From: a virus
Virus record (IMG/VR): IMGVR_UViG_3300010412_000019
Span: 5,521 to 69,520 of that record
Strand: one strand, 5' to 3'
DNA: 64,000 nt
Notes under the pieces: model-generated
Seen by the model: the letters and a program-made list of their open reading frames with translations, nothing else
What the model was told of the DNA's origin: nothing
Database searches by the model: none
Position numbers and translations under genes: made by a program
Shown: positions 57,858 through 64,000 of the stretch, piece by piece
How the letters are laid out: each line of letters begins with the position of its first letter
Numbering within the stretch: position 1 is the first letter of the stretch

Positions 57858-58571
57858 TTAATCCTTTAGTCGTTTGTCTAGATATACAACAATTTTCTTA
57901 TAGAGCCTCTTTGTAACCGCATGACCTGTACCAAAAACTTCAAGGTACATGTCAAAGTGGTTCTCTGGTATTACACCCCTGCGTGGTCTTTGCAAAAAGG
58001 AAATTGCCTTTTGCTTTGATCTTCCGAAGTGGTCTAACAATGCACCTGCAATGTTCCATGCGTGTGCTTCGATTTCATCATCGGCTGCCAGATAGGCGGC
58101 CGCATTTTTCAATTCGACTTTCTTTAGGTACTTTTGTTTTGCACCAAATTCTTTGAAGCCTCTTGCTCTTGCTTGACTGGCATGAATCAACTCATGAGAA
58201 AGTGTTTCAGCCAAAGCACCAGCTAAATCATCAACACTTTGCTTGGTGTATGCAATAAGTTTCTCTTTCTTGGAGAACACTATGTACACTTCAATTATAG
58301 GTTCACGCTCGTCCTCTTCGTGATTCTCCTTATCGGTAGCAGGCTCATAGTACCCAATGATACTTGTTTCACCCCTATCAAGATTCCCTTCTCTAATCGT
58401 GGTGAACTTTACCAAATACTTACGGCTGATTGGTCGTAGAGCCTGAGCAACAGCACTAGGCTCTACTTCCTTATCAGCCAATTTTGATAGTGACTTTACC
58501 AGTTCAGCTTTTAGAGATTTTACGTTAACCGGTTGAGTCACCTCTGTAAGATACTCAACGAAGGAACGCAT
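57858..58571 (-). CDS. HExxH metallopeptidase-like protein, probable internal head protein
   Basis: LSHELIHA.Q...Y....DEIEAHA; N-terminus MRSFVEYLTE. Confidence 0.7.
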   Translation of the reverse strand: MRSFVEYLTEVTQPVNVKSLKAELVKSLSKLADKEVEPSAVAQALRPISRKYLVKFTTIREGNLDRGETSIIGYYEPATDKENHEEDEREPIIEVYIVFSKKEKLIAYTKQSVDDLAGALAETLSHELIHASQARARGFKEFGAKQKYLKKVELKNAAAYLAADDEIEAHAWNIAGALLDHFGRSKQKAISFLQRPRRGVIPENHFDMYLEVFGTGHAVTKRLYKKIVVYLDKRLKD

Positions 58572-59382
58572 TAATCGAACAAAGAAGTTGCCTTCTCTTC
58601 TACCGTACCGGGTCCGCGCATTGCTTTCATTGCACGGTCAAATGTCACACCTGCTTCGCGGGCAGCTTTCAGAATGATGTTCCTCTGACTATGCCCTTTG
58701 CGTTGCAGTTTGAAGCCATTTTCTTTCCACCAAGCTTGACCTTTGGTGAAACCTTTCTCTTCACCCTTGCCTTTTTCTTGACGGCCACGTCCACGGGCTG
58801 GATGGGGCTTCTTCTCTTTTTCTGGTTCTTCTTCGGCAGGCTCTTCTACTTCTGGTTCTTCCTCAGCAGGTGGTTCTTCAACCTCAACTGGTTCTTCAAC
58901 ATCAGGAGTAGTCTCTTCTTCTGCCTCTAGTTGAATATCATCTTCAACTTTAATTTGCTCATCAGCCATTGTTTTTCTCCTTACGGGATTTGTGTATCGC
59001 GGCCGGGTTTTCTAGGTGCACCACCGGTGCTTGTTCCAGTACCGCTTGTGCGATTCTTTGACTTCTTTACTTTCCAGATAATGAAGCCTACAAAAACGGT
59101 AACAACCGCTACCCCTACAAGTGTTTCAACATCCATAAAAATTACCTCCTCGATGTTATGGTATTATTTACCAAATTCATTCGAGGAGGCAAGTAAGGAT
59201 TGCAAACCTTCAACGGCCATTTCTGATAGTACATCACCCTGATTCAGATTTGCTAGGCAGAGTGCGTAATAGGCGCAATCATCACCACGGATGAAAACGC
59301 CCGTCCAGTCATCACCAAACTTGACAGGTCCCGTTTCTACACGTTCACCGTCACTCGGTTTCGGCAGGTGTCTCGTTTGCAT
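58571..59382 (-). CDS. hypothetical proteins (acidic 58571-58969; small TM 58981-59136; 59164-59382)
   Basis: RBS-preceded ORFs. Confidence 0.6.
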
Positions 59383-59944
59383 CTTCTACCGCCCCCATGT
59401 TGAAGAAACGCAGATGATCACGAATGTAATCAGCTTGGTTTCTGGCATCCGACAATGAATCATGAGCAACATCTGGCTTCTTGCGCTCACCCATAATCTT
59501 ACCACGAGCAAGCCATGTCAGTGTTCGAATGTCGCGGTGTTCACGATAATGAATAGGAGAATTAGCGCCAATCAGTCTGAATGCATAGTTCAGAATCGGG
59601 GCATCGAATGTGGCATGTGTCCAGCAAGTGAACCCATTTGCACGGTGACTTTTGATGAATTCTTTCAGCATCAAAAGTGCCAGCTTTGCATCAATCGGCT
59701 TCGGGGTGAACAAACCTAGCTGTGCAGGCTTGTCTTGTTTCATCCACCACATGATAGTCTCACCACTCAGAGTAAGACCAAGGTCGACCGAAGATTGCAG
59801 GTCAACGTTCACTTTGAATTCAGCCGTGGCTTCATCATCGACGTTGAACATTACACATGCAATGGAGGTAATCGCCGATGTTGGGCGATTGTCCATTGTC
59901 TCAAGATCAATAGTACAGTGTTTAAAAGTCATGCGAATTTCCAT
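59351..59944 (-). CDS. DEDDh 3'-5' exonuclease (DexA-like)
   Basis: IDLETM, TI.WW, FD..IL, RD.RT, H..L.DA..Q motifs. Confidence 0.85.
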   Translation of the reverse strand: MEIRMTFKHCTIDLETMDNRPTSAITSIACVMFNVDDEATAEFKVNVDLQSSVDLGLTLSGETIMWWMKQDKPAQLGLFTPKPIDAKLALLMLKEFIKSHRANGFTCWTHATFDAPILNYAFRLIGANSPIHYREHRDIRTLTWLARGKIMGERKKPDVAHDSLSDARNQADYIRDHLRFFNMGAVEDANETPAETE

Positions 59945-60050
59945 CTAAAAAATAGCACCACCAGCATTCCCACTGCGGCACCAAAATACCAAAACGGGGC
60001 AAAGATGCCCGAAAAGACCATAGAGGTCGTTAAGTAATACAATGCAGTTC

Positions 60051-60493
60051 TCATTTGCGCCCCCAGCCCATCCAGAATAGAATTAGGCAAGCCCAAAACC
60101 CAATTGTGTGGAAAATAAAATCAGCAAGCAACCAAAGATGAGCCGTTGTTAGCGGGTCTTCTTTGGTTGCAACATGAGTGAAAACAGCCCACTCTTGATA
60201 CCCTACAACACCGAAGTAGCATATCAAGCCCATCACTATAAGCAATCTCATAGACGGCGAATCCTTTCAACATGTTCAAGCTTTTTCAGAATGTCGGCCG
60301 CCTTGAAATAGGAAGCACGAAACTCAGGGCCGAACGTTTTCAGATGTTCAAGATCACGTTTGGTTCGACGCCACAGGTTGCACACCTTCTTGAAAACGTC
60401 ATCCGGGATGCTGTCATACTTCCCAAGTGACACGAAGTTGTTAGCCATCCGCATTTGCATTTGCGGGTCCATGTGTGTCATGTTTTTCATCAG
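60051..60493 (-). CDS. two hypothetical proteins (60051-60251 membrane; 60248-~60493)
   Basis: Packed ORFs. Confidence 0.5.
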
Positions 60494-61590
60494 AACACCT
60501 TCAACAGAATTGTATCTTTGTTCGTGCGACCCGTGCATTCCTTCTCAACAGCTTTGATATCACTGAAAAGCTTTTCTGCCTTGGTACGCGCCAGCGTGGC
60601 GAACCCTGCAAGCTGATCTTCTGGCTTGCGAATCTTCTTCTGAACACCTACACAGTTTTTCAGCGTAGTGCCAGAGACTTCGATACCAGACACACCCGAG
60701 GTGTATTTCTTCAACAGCCGCTTGTTGGTGTCGAATGCATACAGCACAGTTGCACCGACAATCGTTTCAGGGTCAACCGAAGCCAGATTGAACCCATCAT
60801 GCACAGTCATGTACTGCAACTTCTTGATGTGGGCCGATGCAGGCTTCACTTTCTTTTTGCGCGGCGTCTTTGCGCGGCGCATCATCTTACCACGAGAACC
60901 AGCCTCTTTGATCACCTCAAGAATCTCATTGTGGACCTTGATAAGGCGATTCATTACCAGTTTCGAATACGGGTAAGCTTCGGCAATCTCAGAGTCAGCA
61001 GGGGCGGCTTTCGCCTCTTCAATCTCTGCAAGATCACGCTTGTATTGCGCGGTCAAGTCTTTCGCCTGAGTCGCATTCAACTCGCCAGAAACGTCCAGCT
61101 TCCACTTTTTAGCACCCTCAAGGATGCTGTCAATAGTTGTATCAAACTCAGTCAGAAACGGCTTGACCGCTTCTTCGTAAGCATTGCGCGCCTTGATCTT
61201 CAACAGGCGAGCATTCGCTTCATAATCGATTTCTTTCTTTTCGACTGGCAGCCACTCTTTGATCTGCTCTTTCAGCCGCTTGATATGATCTTTGTTCAGC
61301 GGGAAACCACGAAGGGCGACACGGGCGGCAGCACCCATCGTTGCAATACCCTGATTAGGGATTGTGAATGAACCTTTCTTGAAGCCGTTGGCAAGTGCCC
61401 ACTCTTCAATCCAAGATTTATGATAGGCCCGCAGACTGTTATTGTCATTGGCACCACCAAACTGAGAGTACCATTGCAGGGCGGGGATAAGGACCGAATT
61501 GTAGTTTTTCTTTGTTACCTTGACGCCTTCAAACTTCGGTTCAGGACCGAAGACCACAGACAGTTCATTTGTAACTCGCTTTTTAGCCAT
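60490..61590 (-). CDS. conserved T4-like-phage hypothetical protein
   Basis: G.EP, L.WY, K.PRKKK.K...KL.Y, SVDP..IVGA..L..F.T..R.L, K.RKPE.QL, GR.N..TILLKVF pattern. Confidence 0.8.
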   Translation of the reverse strand: MAKKRVTNELSVVFGPEPKFEGVKVTKKNYNSVLIPALQWYSQFGGANDNNSLRAYHKSWIEEWALANGFKKGSFTIPNQGIATMGAAARVALRGFPLNKDHIKRLKEQIKEWLPVEKKEIDYEANARLLKIKARNAYEEAVKPFLTEFDTTIDSILEGAKKWKLDVSGELNATQAKDLTAQYKRDLAEIEEAKAAPADSEIAEAYPYSKLVMNRLIKVHNEILEVIKEAGSRGKMMRRAKTPRKKKVKPASAHIKKLQYMTVHDGFNLASVDPETIVGATVLYAFDTNKRLLKKYTSGVSGIEVSGTTLKNCVGVQKKIRKPEDQLAGFATLARTKAEKLFSDIKAVEKECTGRTNKDTILLKVF

Positions 61591-61740
61591 TGATGATCCC
61601 GTAATGAATCAGAAAATGCTCAACCACCAGATACCATGACCACAGTGGAATGATAAGAGCAAAAAAGGTCGACCAGAATCCCTTCGCAATAACGATTCCA
61701 GCAACCCAACCAATCAGAGCAAGTAACCGAGCAATGTGCA

Positions 61741-62689
61741 TCATTTGATAAAGTCCTCAAGTGCAGACGCCTCAGCCTCAGCTTTATCGGCCAGACGATC
61801 AATAAAATCAGTTTCACCGAGACCCGCCATTGCGCTGTTAATCATGTCAGCAATCGGGTTATTCGGTGTCTTCAAAAAGTCAGCGATTTCTCTTGCAGCC
61901 TTCGCTTGACGTTTCGCCGCGGCTTGTACCTCGGCATTGCTAATGTGAATTTCGTTGGACATTTTAGCTCCGAAAGAGAAACAAGTGAGTGTTCTGGCTT
62001 TTGAACATGTCCTACTTGGTAGGCTCAGTTCTCCTGATCTGTGGGGGATCAACGAGTCCCACAACTCGCAGCCAGAACACTCAGTTCTTTCCCTATCTTG
62101 CTCTCAAGGGTGGCTTATAATGACACCATTGTACCACAAGTCGCTATTACTTAGCAACCGGGCTTGGTGCAGCAACACCGCATTTCTTGCGGCCGAGATT
62201 GCTTGCTTTGCGACCAATATTGTACACCATGTACTTCTTGGCCATCTTCTGTTTCGCCCACCTTGGGGCAACGTAGTCAAGTTTTTGAACCTCGCCACCT
62301 TTGGCAAGGAATGCGTCAACGGCTGCGCTCATGACATTACTCCATGAAACGACATGTGAACGATGAAGAGTGCGAACCAAAGCACCCCAATGAAAAAAGC
62401 GAAACCCACCGCATTCCCAAGAACAGAAAGGGTGAATTTCAGCTTCGACGGCTTTTTGACACCAGCCGGGTGATAGTTCAGAAGATTTATCTTGTACAAC
62501 TCAGTACTCCTTGTACTCAAGTTCAACACAGATTGCTTCGGGCTTTTTCAACCAGTAGTCGCGGCAAGCCTCAGCCTCGTATTGTTCTCTGAACGTCTTA
62601 TGCCAGAACGTCAGAGATTCAAGTTCAACGTATACAGACCACATAGACCCATCATCAAAAGGGGGTGTTCGCTGAGTCGCCTTATTCAC
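61741..62689 (-). CDS. block of small early ORFs (61741-61962, 62147-62336 AFLAKGG type, 62329-62529, 62501-62689)
   Basis: Packed ORFs with GGAG RBSs. Confidence 0.55.
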
Positions 62690-62699
62690 ACCTCAGTGG

Positions 62700-63165
62700 A
62701 GAAGATACGAACTCTAAGCCCTTTCGGCGCGAACACCCGTTGAAAGGAAAGTTTGCCCACCTCCGCCTGGTCAATTCCCTGTGTCTGGGTCAGCGTTAGC
62801 GAGGAGGCGGGGCTCAACTCAAGTACCGTGGTAAATGAGCGTTTTTCTCGCAATACTGGTTCGATTCTAACGAGCAAGGACACATCCTGTCAGGTTCTTG
62901 CCTGACGCCCGTTACCTGAAACCAATTTCTTCGATAGGACCTCGTTATCAGCAGTGGTAGAAAAAGTAGAAGAAGTATCTCTTGCGGGTTTAGAAGTGCG
63001 TCTCCAGAGCCCGCTTTTCTTGAGTCACATCACCATCTGGCGCTTTCTGACCTCTCTGGATTAAAAACTTTTGATTGCTGTTGAAAGGCACGTAAGTTTC
63101 GTTGTTTGTCGTCCCAGTGATACGTGTCTAACAATTTGGGCAACGTCAACAGCAATCAGAAGCTT
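62700..63165 (-). ncRNA. unassigned large structured RNA / early leader
   Basis: About 460 nt without a credible ORF, many complementary segments, directly after an early promoter. Confidence 0.5.
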
Positions 63166-63195
63166 TCTTATCCCTCCCCTCAATCAACAAGTATA

Positions 63196-63269
63196 TTATG
63201 GCACAGCCGGGGATAGAGTGCAACCACCGTTACACTCGCTTTGGCGCATTTTTTGGGTTATTTTTACCC
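63196..63269 (-). promoter_or_regulatory. early promoter with conserved upstream box, copy 3
   Basis: TTGCAC-17-CATAAT; box at 63233-63269. Confidence 0.8.
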
Positions 63270-63271
63270 GA

Positions 63272-64000
63272 TTACCACGGGTCGCCAGATAGCTTCATAG
63301 ACGAAGCCATGGCTTGAGACACATATTTGAAGCGCATTTTCATGATACGCTTTCCAGCGGCAGTCACACCAACTGCGGTATCACCGACTTTGCTGAATTT
63401 GATAGGGCCCTGACTCAAGGCACCAATTTTAGAATTTTCAAGGGGGTTATGAATCAACACCTTGTTCTTTGCACCCGTCACTTTGATGTACATCGGGTAC
63501 ACCGCTTTACCAGCGTCCATCCAATCGTTTATAACGTGCTTCTTTGCGTCTTCCTGACTCATGCCATTCAGAGCATAAAGCATCAGATCACGAAGCATTT
63601 CCAGCAGTTTTGAACGTTCAGCATTGGCATCTGCCGTGATTTCTTTGCTTGCACGGATTTCTTTCTTGCGCGTATTCGCCACTCTTGACAAGCCCCATTT
63701 CTCAATGAACTTGTTTTCAACAGCGTCTTTGACCTGCGAGAAGTTGGCTTTGTGAATTGCTTCGATTGTTCCCATACCGGGATTCTTGAAACCAATGTCA
63801 CCATAGGTTAATGTTGACTTAGCAGAAATGCCTAGGAACTTACCATCGGAAAACTTGATAAGAATGTCAGTCGGATTTCCCCTGTCAACTTGCCCTGTTT
63901 TCCCAACAGCCTTTTGCAGTGAGCCGGGGCGAGCAGTCCAATAGATTTTCGAAACCTGACCAGAATACCCGTTCTTTTTCGCCCACTTTAATGCTTCCTT
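63272..64000 (-). CDS. PD-(D/E)xK nuclease-like protein, 5'-truncated by the window
   Basis: Frame open to the window end; NPTDILIKFSDGKFLGISAK motif. Confidence 0.65.
   Translation of the reverse strand, partial: KEALKWAKKNGYSGQVSKIYWTARPGSLQKAVGKTGQVDRGNPTDILIKFSDGKFLGISAKSTLTYGDIGFKNPGMGTIEAIHKANFSQVKDAVENKFIEKWGLSRVANTRKKEIRASKEITADANAERSKLLEMLRDLMLYALNGMSQEDAKKHVINDWMDAGKAVYPMYIKVTGAKNKVLIHNPLENSKIGALSQGPIKFSKVGDTAVGVTAAGKRIMKMRFKYVSQAMASSMKLSGDPW

Noticed and set aside
60475-61371. 298-aa plus-strand ORF (and similar ones at 54233-54907 and 19631-20296)
   Set aside because: Antisense to well-supported minus-strand genes.
62686-62883. 65-aa ORF in the structured region
   Set aside because: No convincing RBS or motif; the region is better explained by RNA structure.

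Overview
64-kb segment of a large T4-like (Tevenvirinae/Kyanoviridae-type) myophage genome. The host is probably a proteobacterium (GuaC, type IVa pilin leader, sigma70/IHF-type sites). Layout: baseplate/tail module (gp27-like, gp53, gp48, gp4, gp54, gp26/gp51, gp29 tape measure, gp2; 1-6.9 kb); replication, late transcription and nucleotide metabolism genes (gp32, gp59, gp33, thyX, DHH, guaC, mazG, rnh, nadV, nadM-Nudix; 7-30 kb); an ~18.5-kb minus-strand array of 34 free-standing tRNA genes covering all 20 amino acids, interleaved with glycan/modification enzymes, a GIY-YIG endonuclease, a GOLLD RNA and other structured RNAs (30.8-49.4 kb); then early and late accessory genes. Top findings: (1) a 38-codon leader peptide using all 20 amino acids and 32 different codons, coupled to a terminator/antiterminator upstream of the tRNA array, a candidate general translation-stress attenuator; (2) a circularly permuted two-piece tmRNA whose intervening segment is filled by a mini-Bfd [2Fe-2S]-like ORF; (3) a probable -1 frameshift fusing gp26 to gp51; (4) several non-canonical tRNA architectures and unassigned large structured RNAs. 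All protein calls come from motif recognition by eye, with no database search. Many small hypothetical ORFs are listed as blocks.
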